Below, in pieces: positions 39,760 through 49,400 of a stretch of DNA of 64,000 nucleotides; position 1 is the stretch's first letter; each line of letters opens with the position of its first letter. Source of the stretch: a virus; IMG/VR virus record IMGVR_UViG_3300024261_000007, positions 32,001 to 96,000 of that record; one strand, given 5' to 3'. Made by a program: the position numbers and the translations under genes. The notes beneath the pieces were generated by a model. That model was not told the DNA's origin. It searched no databases and was given only the letters and a program-made list of their open reading frames with translations.

Positions 39760-39845
39760 AGTATAAGTAGAAAGAAATAGCAAGTTAATTAGAGTATAGT
39801 CCTATATTTATATAATAAAGAAGTATATAGATAGGAGAGACATAT

Positions 39846-41324
39846 ATGGCTTCATTTCTTGAGACAACGCAGCCAACAGCATTTGGTGTGTTTGATAAAG
39901 ACTTGCATTTTCAAGAAGACGCAGTGGGTATTGTATTATACGTAAAACGTCGTCTTGGTGATGACATTATGTCTGTAGAATTAACAAATAGACAAATATG
40001 GACAAACTTTGAAGAAGCATGCTTAGAGTTTTCTAAAAACATCAACGCACACCAAGCTGAATCATACATGTCAAACTTGTTAGGTTTGCAAATAGGACCA
40101 AGCGAAACATTTAAAAAAAATGACTTTGATCATTACTACTTCGGCGACGATGCTTTAAAAAACGAAAGTCCTTTACTCATACAAGACACGTTTGATCCTC
40201 GCTTTAAAATAAACAACAAACAAGGCCAATATAAAACAGACGAAAACGGTAATGTTATAACTCCAAGAGAAATTGTTGAATTATTGGATGGCGAAGTAAG
40301 AGTTGCTGCTTCTCCTATTGTTTTGGCCAGAATTGGTCCACATGGAAAAGAACAACAGTTTCCAAGAGAAACATTAGAATATTTAACACGTCGTGCAGAG
40401 CCATATGCATCAGAAGCAGGTGTAGGTGGTTCTACAGATTTTGTTAGGTCATTTATAAAACTTGAAGGCGGGAAGCAAGATTACGATATATATTCAGATC
40501 TTGTAGTTCCTGGGCCAAATGGTGAAGAGCTTAAGCTTGAAGAGTTTGATGGTAGTGATGGACACTTAAGTGCTTTTAATCCAAAGTTTGCAAGTAGCTT
40601 GCCTGCAAATATATTACCATCAAAAATTAAAATCCAAGAAGTATTTCACTTTTCCCCGCAGGCTGCTTACAGGTTTTTTGATACAACATCAGCAGTCAAC
40701 TACTTAAACAACCAGTTTTCATTTGAATCTTTTACACCCGAAACAGTTTTTTATGTTTTACCTGTTTTTGAAGACTTGCTTCGTGCAGGACAGTTAGATA
40801 TATCAAATAGAGTAAGAAGAAGTAATTATTCGTATAGATTGCAAGGAAAAAATCTAAGAATATTTCCATCTCCATCAAAAGGAAATCCAATGAATCTTTT
40901 TGTTAAGTTTTCTTTTCCTCCAGATCCTTATAAAACGACATTACCTTACGACGACAGCTCTATTACTGGCGTTTCAAACATATCTAATGTACCTTTTTCT
41001 AACATCAAGTACGAGAGCATTAATTCTATGTGTAGAACGTGGATTAAGCAATATACTTTGGCATTGTGCAGAGAAACATTAGGTTTAGTAAGATCAAAGT
41101 TTTCTTCTGTGCCTATTCCAGGTAGTGATTTAAGCATGAACGGGAGCGAACTTTTAAGTCAAGGTCGAGAAGACAAAGTGAACTTAATTACTTCTTTAGG
41201 CGAGACATTAGATAAGCTAACTTATCAAAAACTTTTAGAGAGTGATGCAGCCCAGTCTGAAACAATGACACAGATTCTTAAAAGAATACCTATTCCTAAC
41301 GGAAGAGCAATTATTATAGGATAA
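39846..41324 (+). CDS. Neck/head-tail adaptor protein (T4 gp13-like)
   Basis: YVKRRLG..MSVELT, WIKQYTLALCRETLGLVRSKF..PIPG..MNGSELL. Confidence 0.8.
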   Translation: MASFLETTQPTAFGVFDKDLHFQEDAVGIVLYVKRRLGDDIMSVELTNRQIWTNFEEACLEFSKNINAHQAESYMSNLLGLQIGPSETFKKNDFDHYYFGDDALKNESPLLIQDTFDPRFKINNKQGQYKTDENGNVITPREIVELLDGEVRVAASPIVLARIGPHGKEQQFPRETLEYLTRRAEPYASEAGVGGSTDFVRSFIKLEGGKQDYDIYSDLVVPGPNGEELKLEEFDGSDGHLSAFNPKFASSLPANILPSKIKIQEVFHFSPQAAYRFFDTTSAVNYLNNQFSFESFTPETVFYVLPVFEDLLRAGQLDISNRVRRSNYSYRLQGKNLRIFPSPSKGNPMNLFVKFSFPPDPYKTTLPYDDSSITGVSNISNVPFSNIKYESINSMCRTWIKQYTLALCRETLGLVRSKFSSVPIPGSDLSMNGSELLSQGREDKVNLITSLGETLDKLTYQKLLESDAAQSETMTQILKRIPIPNGRAIIIG

Positions 41325-41329
41325 AGATT

Positions 41330-41986
41330 ATGGCACGTTTATTTGTAGGGCAGCGAGAAGTAGACTTCTTTTCAGACTTGACAAAAGAGTTGATTAAAGA
41401 CGTAGCAGGTCAAAAAGTATACTACTATACAATAAGAGAAGACTTGTCTAATATACATGAAGTGTACGAAGAGTCACCTCATAAGATATTTAATCCACCA
41501 GTTGAAATTGAATGCATGATTGAATGGCAACCTTCAGAAGTTAAAACAACAAACTTTGGCTCTGAACATATTAAGACAATTACTTTGTATTTGCATTATA
41601 GAGACTTGCTTGATAGAGGTATTACGTTTAACGAAGGTGACTATTTTTCTTATGGCACATACTTTTTTGAAGCAACTTCTGTTAAATACGACAAGCTTGC
41701 TTACGGACAGATAGATAGAGTTGTTTCTTTACAGGTAAATGGTAAACAAACTCGAATGGAGCAGATTGCATTTAAACCTCATGGTCCTTTAGGAGAAGAA
41801 TATACAGACAAAGATGCAATACAAACAACATTTGAGCAGCAGCGAGGATTTAATGAAAGCGACAAGCGTCAATTAAGAAGTGACGGTGTCATTGATGATC
41901 CAATTACAGGTCCTAAAAAAGTTGCACCTGATGGTACAACAAAGAGCGTAAACGGAGTAGGTTCTTCGTTTTATGGAGATGATTAA
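41330..41986 (+). CDS. Neck/head-completion protein (T4 gp14-like)
   Basis: GQKVYYY, VYEE..K.F..PVEI, EGDYF; position after the gp13-like gene. Confidence 0.7.
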   Translation: MARLFVGQREVDFFSDLTKELIKDVAGQKVYYYTIREDLSNIHEVYEESPHKIFNPPVEIECMIEWQPSEVKTTNFGSEHIKTITLYLHYRDLLDRGITFNEGDYFSYGTYFFEATSVKYDKLAYGQIDRVVSLQVNGKQTRMEQIAFKPHGPLGEEYTDKDAIQTTFEQQRGFNESDKRQLRSDGVIDDPITGPKKVAPDGTTKSVNGVGSSFYGDD

Positions 41987-43212
41987 TGGCAACAAAGTAT
42001 GACATAGATAACGCTAAAAGATATGCACCTACTGGTTACGAAGGGACAAACGAGCCTGACTATGTCATTCCCTCTTGCGGCCTTGAAGACTTAGACAAGT
42101 CTGTTTTTAATCTTTTTGACAAACAAATTCCTCTTTTTCATGAAATGCATGGCTCTGTAGAGAAGGTACCTGTTGTCTTTGCAACTGGTGAAAGGTTTGC
42201 TATATTAAGACGCAAAAAGCCACTTATAGATAAAAACGGTACACTTATTTTACCACTTATATCTATATCAAGAGGCGCAGTTGATGCAGTGCCACAAAAA
42301 GGTATTGCAAATAATCAAATGTTTCCTCATGTTGTAACTAAAAGAATTTCCAAAAAAGATTTAGAATATAGACAGCAACAAAATGTTGAAGGCTTGCGTA
42401 ATGTTAAAGGTGAAGACCTTAATTTAGAGGATGGTGACTTTTCGCTTAAACCTAAAACAGTAAATAATATTATTGAAACAATAGAAATACCCCCTATTAA
42501 GTATTTTTCTGCAAGTTATGAGATTACAATCTGGTCGTCTTTTACACAGCAAATGAACAAATTCTTGGAAAGTATTTTAAATGCTTACACACTTAATCCT
42601 GGGCAACAATTTAGATTAGAAAGTGATAAAGGTTATACTTTTTCTGCTTTTATGGAAAGTTCTTTTTCTCAAGATACAAGCTATGCAGATTTTACAGATG
42701 CTGAAAGGTATATTAAATATAGTATGTCTTTAAATGCAACAGGTTATTTGATTGCACCAAACATATTAGGAGGAAAGACTGCTTTAAGATCTTTCTTGAG
42801 CGCACCTCAAATATCTTTCGATGTCTTAGATGAATATGAAAATATAGATCCACAACTTTCTGGTGCACCTGTTGATTCAAATCCTGACGCTCATATTTTT
42901 GATGATCTTGCAACTGAAGACTCTTTTGCACCTGCACAAGGTGTAGGCGTGAGAGGCGGACCAAATGCTGCTGCGCTTCGAGATGTTGATGCATCTGCAG
43001 GAGTTGCAGTAGGACTTAATTTAGAAAAGTACACAAGCGAATCAGTTGGTGCAAGAGGCTCTGATTGGAAAAAGACAAGAAAAACTTTTGTAAGAAATAC
43101 CGAAGGCAAACTTATTCCTGTCATGGCAAAAGCATCAAAAGGCAAAGGTGAGACAGTTTATGATGCTCGTCTGGCTGAAGTTTTGTTTAATATTTCAAAC
43201 GACAAAGAATAA
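41986..43212 (+). CDS. Tail terminator/sheath stabiliser (T4 gp15-like)
   Basis: KVPVVFATGERF, LPLISISR, YEITIW..QMNKFLE; position before the sheath. Confidence 0.72.
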   Translation: MATKYDIDNAKRYAPTGYEGTNEPDYVIPSCGLEDLDKSVFNLFDKQIPLFHEMHGSVEKVPVVFATGERFAILRRKKPLIDKNGTLILPLISISRGAVDAVPQKGIANNQMFPHVVTKRISKKDLEYRQQQNVEGLRNVKGEDLNLEDGDFSLKPKTVNNIIETIEIPPIKYFSASYEITIWSSFTQQMNKFLESILNAYTLNPGQQFRLESDKGYTFSAFMESSFSQDTSYADFTDAERYIKYSMSLNATGYLIAPNILGGKTALRSFLSAPQISFDVLDEYENIDPQLSGAPVDSNPDAHIFDDLATEDSFAPAQGVGVRGGPNAAALRDVDASAGVAVGLNLEKYTSESVGARGSDWKKTRKTFVRNTEGKLIPVMAKASKGKGETVYDARLAEVLFNISNDKE

Positions 43213-43271
43213 TTAAGAAGTATTATAATAATTAAACATAGAACAAGAAATATTAGTAGGAGAATATAATC

Positions 43272-46200
43272 ATGGCAGAACAGACATTTAAGTCTCCAGG
43301 ATTTTTCGAAAGAGAGATTGAGTTAGTTAGTCGTCCTCTTACACGAAATACAGCTACACCAGTGGGTGTAATTGGTCCTGCCCAAAAAGGACAAGCTTTC
43401 GTACCGAAAACAGTAACAAGCGTAGATGAATTTATCAGAGAATTCGGCATGCCCGACCAAGATACTTCAGCATCTCATGCTGTTGCTGAGTTTTTTGCAA
43501 ATCGAGGTAAAGCAGCAACTTTCTGCCGTATTTTAGGTACTGGTAAAGGTTACGGCTCAGATCTTAAATTTGCAGGATTCAAACTAGATGGTGCAGACTT
43601 AGGGCAAAATCAAGCAAAAGGAGCAGTACAGTTTATTGTTGCAGAACACAAAGTTGATGACGCAGAACATGTTACATATGGTATTTTTAACGATAATGAC
43701 TCAATCACAACAAACGCTGACGAAGACCCAAGTAATGGCTTAGTCGCTAACGACGACATAATACAGCTAGTTCGTGCAATGATTTTTATGCATAAGGATT
43801 ATACGTTAAGAATCGTTTCAGGCGGTGGAACAGATCAATCTCAAGTGTCAGATGATGCTGATAAAACTTTTACTCTTTATATTCACGATGCAGTCAATAA
43901 TTTGCTTGTAAAACAATATACAGTTTCTTTAGACCCAGCGTCTTCGCAATATATTTCAAAAGTTTTAAACACAGATTCTTTCAGTTTTACAAGCACAGGA
44001 CACTTTCTTTATGCAGACTTTCCTGTAGAAGATCTTCTTGCATCAACTCGAGCACAAAGTGTTGCTGTAGTTAGAGGTAAAGATGACGGTAATTATTTGG
44101 ATATGTATGGAGACTTTGTTTCTCGATTTGAAGCACCACGTACAACCTCGTTTATATCACAACCTTTTGGTGATAAAGAATATGACTTGTTTCACTTTGA
44201 ATCTTTAGACGATGGAACATATGCAAGTGATGATTACAAGATTTCTATTGCAGATCTTCGTGCATCAACAGAGAAAAATTATAGATTTGGAACATTTACT
44301 GTTCAACTTCGTAAAATTGATGATACAGATGATGCGCCTATTATTTTAGAATCTTATGCAAGATGTTCTTTAGATCCAGATTCTCCAAATTATATCGCAA
44401 GACGAATTGGAGATCAAAAAGTTTATTTAAATCTTGATACAAATGACGAAGATGAAAAGCGTCTGCTAAGAGAAGGTACTTTCCCGAGCCAGTCAACACG
44501 TATTCGAGTCGTAATGAATAAGTCAGTGACTCGCAACGAAATCCCAGAAGATTCTCTTCCTTTTGGTTATCGTGGTATTCCTACTTTAAGAACAACACCT
44601 AACGGTAAAGACGGAGGAGAAAATCAAGTTTCTTTGCTTTCTGGTCGTGATGTTGTTTCCGGTGGTGCATCTGATGATTTAGGTTGTGCTGTATTGCCTC
44701 CTTTGCCTTTTAGATCAAAAGTAACAAGAGGCAGTATGCAAAAAGACGGTACTTACTTTCAAACTTATTTTGGACAATCTTTAGAAGAGTCTAATGGCGT
44801 TGTACAAAAAGTAACTCAAGAAAATGTTAAGTCTTATTTCTACTGGGGATTACATACACAAAAAGTAACAAATATTAACGAGCCTAATAGAGGTGGTTTA
44901 ACTGATTTTAATCCGCTTATTATTAATTTAACAAAGTTCTTGACAAAGTCAGATGCACTTAAATTTAGTTCTGAAGAAGCAGACAGCTTTAACAATAACA
45001 AGTTTTCTTTATCGAAAGTTGCATTCCCTTATGCTTCGATTACTGATATACCTAACGTATTGTCAGATGCCTTTTTAGAGGCAGCGTACATTCGAAATGC
45101 TGATGTTGGTTCAAATGCATACGATTCTGTTGCACACACAATTAATATGGCAGCTGATAATATACAAGATGCATTTACAAATGAATTGCAAGGTCAAAGT
45201 CAGGCAATTCGTGCAACAATGGCTAAACTTTTAGCAGAAGATCCTGTTAAATTTAATAAGTACAGCTTGATGGCTAAGTTTACTGCTCCTTTTTATGGTG
45301 GTTTTGACGGTGTAAACATTTTAGATAGAGATGACTTCTTCTTTACAGACAAATCATCGTCTATTGATGTAGATGGTCATGCTGGCGCTAATGGATATTT
45401 AAGTGGTCTATCAGGAACAAGTGACATTAATGAGTCATTAGGTTTACCAATTCAAGGAACAAAGCTAAATAACAATGCAGTGTTATCTTATAGAGAAGCT
45501 ATTCGTGTTATGACTGATGAAATGATTGTAGATCATAATGTCTTGGTTGTTCCTGGTATTAGAGATTCATTAATTACAGACTTTGCTGCACGAAGAGTTA
45601 AAGATTTTGGCAAGGCAATATTCTTGATGGATATACCTCACTACGATGCAGCAGGAAATAGAATTTTTGTTTCTTCACGTGGCGTAGCAAGTGGTATTGC
45701 TGATGTTGATATGACTAGTCAGCAATTTGATATTCGTGAACTTGATTCATCATATGTCGCAACATATTTTCCAGACGTTATGTTAAGAGATTCAGGAGAT
45801 GTTGTAAGTGATGGCGCAACTCAAAATCAAAGAGTTGTAAGAACGCCTTCTTCAGTTGTAGCCCTTGGCGCACTTGCTCGAACAGACAATTTAGCAGGAT
45901 CAGCACCCTGGTTTGCACCTGCAGGATTTTCTCGAGGTGCCCTTGGTAGAGTATCAAGTATTGATGTAAGATTAAACGCAGGTGATCGTGATACTCTTTA
46001 CGAGGCAAGAATTAATCCGATTGCAAATTTCCCAAATAATCAGTTTGTTATCTTTGGTCAGAAGACAACACAAATTGCAAGAACAGCTTTGGACCGTGTA
46101 AACGTAAGAAGATTAATGATCAATATCAAGAGAAGAATTCAAAGAGTTGCACAAGGTCTTTTGTTTGAGCAAAATGATGCAGCAACAAGAAATAGATTTA

Positions 46201-46406
46201 TTTCCCAGGCTTCTTCAATTCTTGCAGATGTTCGAGTAAGACAAGGTATTGAAGACTTTAGAGTTGTTATGGATGATACAAATAACTCTCAAGAAGACGT
46301 TGACAATAACAGACTGAATGGCCGAATTATTGTTGTTCCGACCAGAGCTGTTGAGTTTATTGCAATGGACTTTATTATTACAAATAGCGGCGTAGAATTC
46401 CCATAA
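43272..46406 (+). CDS. gp18: Tail sheath protein 1 (gp18-like)
   Basis: SPGFFEREIEL, IGPAQKG.AFVP, PWFAPAGFSRG, INPI, FGQKT, LDRVNVRRL, PTRAVEFI..DF. Confidence 0.95.
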   Translation: MAEQTFKSPGFFEREIELVSRPLTRNTATPVGVIGPAQKGQAFVPKTVTSVDEFIREFGMPDQDTSASHAVAEFFANRGKAATFCRILGTGKGYGSDLKFAGFKLDGADLGQNQAKGAVQFIVAEHKVDDAEHVTYGIFNDNDSITTNADEDPSNGLVANDDIIQLVRAMIFMHKDYTLRIVSGGGTDQSQVSDDADKTFTLYIHDAVNNLLVKQYTVSLDPASSQYISKVLNTDSFSFTSTGHFLYADFPVEDLLASTRAQSVAVVRGKDDGNYLDMYGDFVSRFEAPRTTSFISQPFGDKEYDLFHFESLDDGTYASDDYKISIADLRASTEKNYRFGTFTVQLRKIDDTDDAPIILESYARCSLDPDSPNYIARRIGDQKVYLNLDTNDEDEKRLLREGTFPSQSTRIRVVMNKSVTRNEIPEDSLPFGYRGIPTLRTTPNGKDGGENQVSLLSGRDVVSGGASDDLGCAVLPPLPFRSKVTRGSMQKDGTYFQTYFGQSLEESNGVVQKVTQENVKSYFYWGLHTQKVTNINEPNRGGLTDFNPLIINLTKFLTKSDALKFSSEEADSFNNNKFSLSKVAFPYASITDIPNVLSDAFLEAAYIRNADVGSNAYDSVAHTINMAADNIQDAFTNELQGQSQAIRATMAKLLAEDPVKFNKYSLMAKFTAPFYGGFDGVNILDRDDFFFTDKSSSIDVDGHAGANGYLSGLSGTSDINESLGLPIQGTKLNNNAVLSYREAIRVMTDEMIVDHNVLVVPGIRDSLITDFAARRVKDFGKAIFLMDIPHYDAAGNRIFVSSRGVASGIADVDMTSQQFDIRELDSSYVATYFPDVMLRDSGDVVSDGATQNQRVVRTPSSVVALGALARTDNLAGSAPWFAPAGFSRGALGRVSSIDVRLNAGDRDTLYEARINPIANFPNNQFVIFGQKTTQIARTALDRVNVRRLMINIKRRIQRVAQGLLFEQNDAATRNRFISQASSILADVRVRQGIEDFRVVMDDTNNSQEDVDNNRLNGRIIVVPTRAVEFIAMDFIITNSGVEFP

Positions 46407-46417
46407 GAAGTATAGTT

Positions 46418-46424
46418 ATAATTA
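46418..46424 (+). promoter_or_regulatory. Representative ATA(A/T)TTA putative late-promoter motif
   Basis: The same heptamer lies ~30-50 nt before many starts (4318, 14530, 21067, 21397, 31587, 36197, 37112, 37435, 39804, 43228, 51821, 52457, 57252). Confidence 0.5.
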
Positions 46425-46450
46425 AATGAAATCAATAGGAGAAATATAAT

Positions 46451-49400
46451 ATGGCTGGACAAGGCTCAGCGAGAGTAACATTACGTGAAATCGACTTATC
46501 ACAAGTTAGAAATCCGCAGCAACAACCTCAAGGCGTTCCAGCTGCTGTTGTCGGCCCCGCGAGTAAAGGTCCAGCCTTTGTGCCTCGCACTTTTGCCAAC
46601 ATGCAGCAGTTCGAAGAAGTCTTTGGTTCTATGCGCGAAAGAGGATATCAAGGAAACGCCAACCTCTTCGGACCAATGGCTCTTAACGAATGGATGCGAT
46701 CAGCAAGTGCTGGTACATATCTCCGCGTTTTAGGCGTTGGTGACGGTCTTAAATCAAGTGGCGGTAAAACAACAGATGCAGGCTTCGTAGTTGGTGCAAA
46801 ACAAGTTCAAGAACAAAGTAATGACTTGGGCAAAGTAGGTGATAACCCACACGCTACAATAGAGGATTCAAATGATGCTCTTGCTTTAGGTAGAACACAA
46901 TTCCTTGGTTGCTTCATGAAAGATTCAACAGGAAGCAATTTCTTAAAAGATGCTGGCATGGAAGCAGAAGGCTCAGCAGCATCTCTTGTTATAGAATTTG
47001 GTGCCTTGCCTCAATCAGGAGATACAATCAAGCTTAACGCTGTTGATGAACAAGGTAATCTTAACGGTGACGTTACTTTTACTTTTGGTAACGGCGGAGT
47101 TGCAATCGGCGCTTCAGCTGTTGAAGCACTTGCAAATTTAAAAGCAGCAATAGAAGCAGATGGTCAATTAGGCGATAACGGTGACCATAGAATAGACGTT
47201 TCAGCTGTTGATGATGTTAATGGTTTAGCCGACGACAATCTTGCAAGAATAACTTTGACATCAGCATTCCCAGTAGCTTTAGATAGTACTAATGACTGTA
47301 TTGCAAAGTTTAATTTAAATCCTGCAGGCGAAGGTAGCGATCTACTTATAAAAGTAGGTGACAAGACAGCTTCTGTTAAAGACGACACGTTTTCTTTTGC
47401 ACAAGTAGGTGGAACTGCTGCTTTTGCTGATATTGTTTTAAGCGATCAACCTGCGGCTGGTGGAACTCTTTCAATAACAGCAATTACAAATGATGGTGAT
47501 GGCACGTTCTCAGATCAGGATGTAGTATACACTTTTAAAGCCAATTTGGCTAATCCTGATGATGCTGCTGAACTTGCATCCGGTCAACAAGTTTCTGGTG
47601 TTTATAGAATTGCTAGCAATACAAGCGTTGAAGTCAAGATTGGTAATACTTTTGCAGATACGTCTTCAAACTTAAGAGCAGCATTTAGACGTGTTGCTTC
47701 TCAAGTTGGTGATGGTATCAGCACTTCAACTAAACATGAAGGACTTTTTGTTGTTGGCGACTTAGACACTACTTCGTTTAGGCTTACACATGTCTTAAAA
47801 GGCGAAGCAAGTAGAAGTAAAAATGACGGTGAAACAGCTCCAATTAGTGTTGATGCAACAAATCTTACTGTTAAAGGTGCTTCTGATATTAATAATACTC
47901 TTGATGATACTATTATTAACGATGACACTGATGGTTTCTTTAAGAGTGGATCTGATGGTAGTGCAACAACATTGACAATGAAGCTATCAGACAACCCAAA
48001 TTCAGGTGACAACTTAGAATTGCAAATGGTAGCTGCTGACGGTAGTATTAAAAAAGATAGTTTTGAGTTTGCTACACCTAATGTTTACTTAAATGGTAAT
48101 GTAATCGTAGCTTCTTCAATTGCTGCTACTGCAGAATTAGTATATACTGGCAAGCCATTAGATACAGAAACACTTACATTAACAGACGCAAATGACGATT
48201 CTCTTGTCTTTGAGATAGATGAAGCAACAGACGACGTCGCTGGCGGAATAATGAGATCACGTCTACCAGCAGCACTTGGTGACGCTCTCGCAGATTCAGG
48301 CGCAGATATTGGACAAACAATAACTTTAGAAGATACTGCAGGAACTTCAGAGACATATATTTTAACAGATACAGGAGCCGGTGGCCTTGCTACTGGTGCA
48401 GTTGTTGCATTAAATAATGATCTAGGCGATGGTAATTTAGCTGTCCAAGGGCAAGTAGGACATATTGCTGTAGGTGTTGATTTGACTAATGGCATATCAA
48501 AGCTTGTGCTAATAAGAGCATTGGCAGACGCAATTGCTTCTGCTGAGGGTCATGGTAATACTATTACAATAGAAGAAACAGACGTTGATGGTCAAGGTGG
48601 TAATGATAGTATTACCATATTCCAAAGCGTTGGTGATGCTGCTGGTAATACTGCAGTTACAACAGATATTGCGCCTATTGTTGCAATAAACAATACGAGC
48701 CTTACTCGAGGTATTGATCGAATTGCTGTAGGCATAAAGAGTGCAGCAGACGCAAATGCTGCAGCTGGTAGTCTTGTAAGCGCTATAAACAACTCAGCTT
48801 TAAGAATAACTGCAACAAGAGTAGGAAATGCATCTCCTGTTACATTAACGCAAGATGACGTAGGAACATTAGGCAATGACAAAGATATTGCTGAAACTTT
48901 GACAAACTATACAGCAGATGAAACATTTGCGGGTGGTGTAGATGTTATTGCAATAGAGCTAGGAGTTGACAAGCAAGAGACTTTGTATAATATGCGTCGT
49001 GCTTTAAGCGCAAACACAACAGCTTTTTCTCAAACTTTGTTATCATCAGCAGTTTCAGATTCAGCTGACAGTATTACGATTTCTATGTTGCAAGAGAAAG
49101 GTTCACTTAAATCTGCTTTAACAAATGTAATTAATGTATCTGATGCAGCATTATTTTCAAATCCAGCTGGAGAAATTAAGCTTGGCAACTTTGGCGAAAA
49201 GCAAGAAAACTTTAGTGGCGGCGGTGGCGCTGCAACACCAGTAATTCGTGGCGTATTGATGACTCCTCAAGGTGTAAAGGCTGCAATGGACGTTGCTGCT
49301 GGACTTGATGATCTCGTAAATTCAGTTGAAGGTAGTGCTCACATAAGATCAGTTGCACATGGTAAAACTTTTGGTGTTACAGCAGGAACGAACTTAACAG

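Noticed and set aside
27943-39845. tRNA genes in intergenic gaps
   Set aside because: No cloverleaf or T-loop consensus seen by eye; gaps are short and AT-rich.
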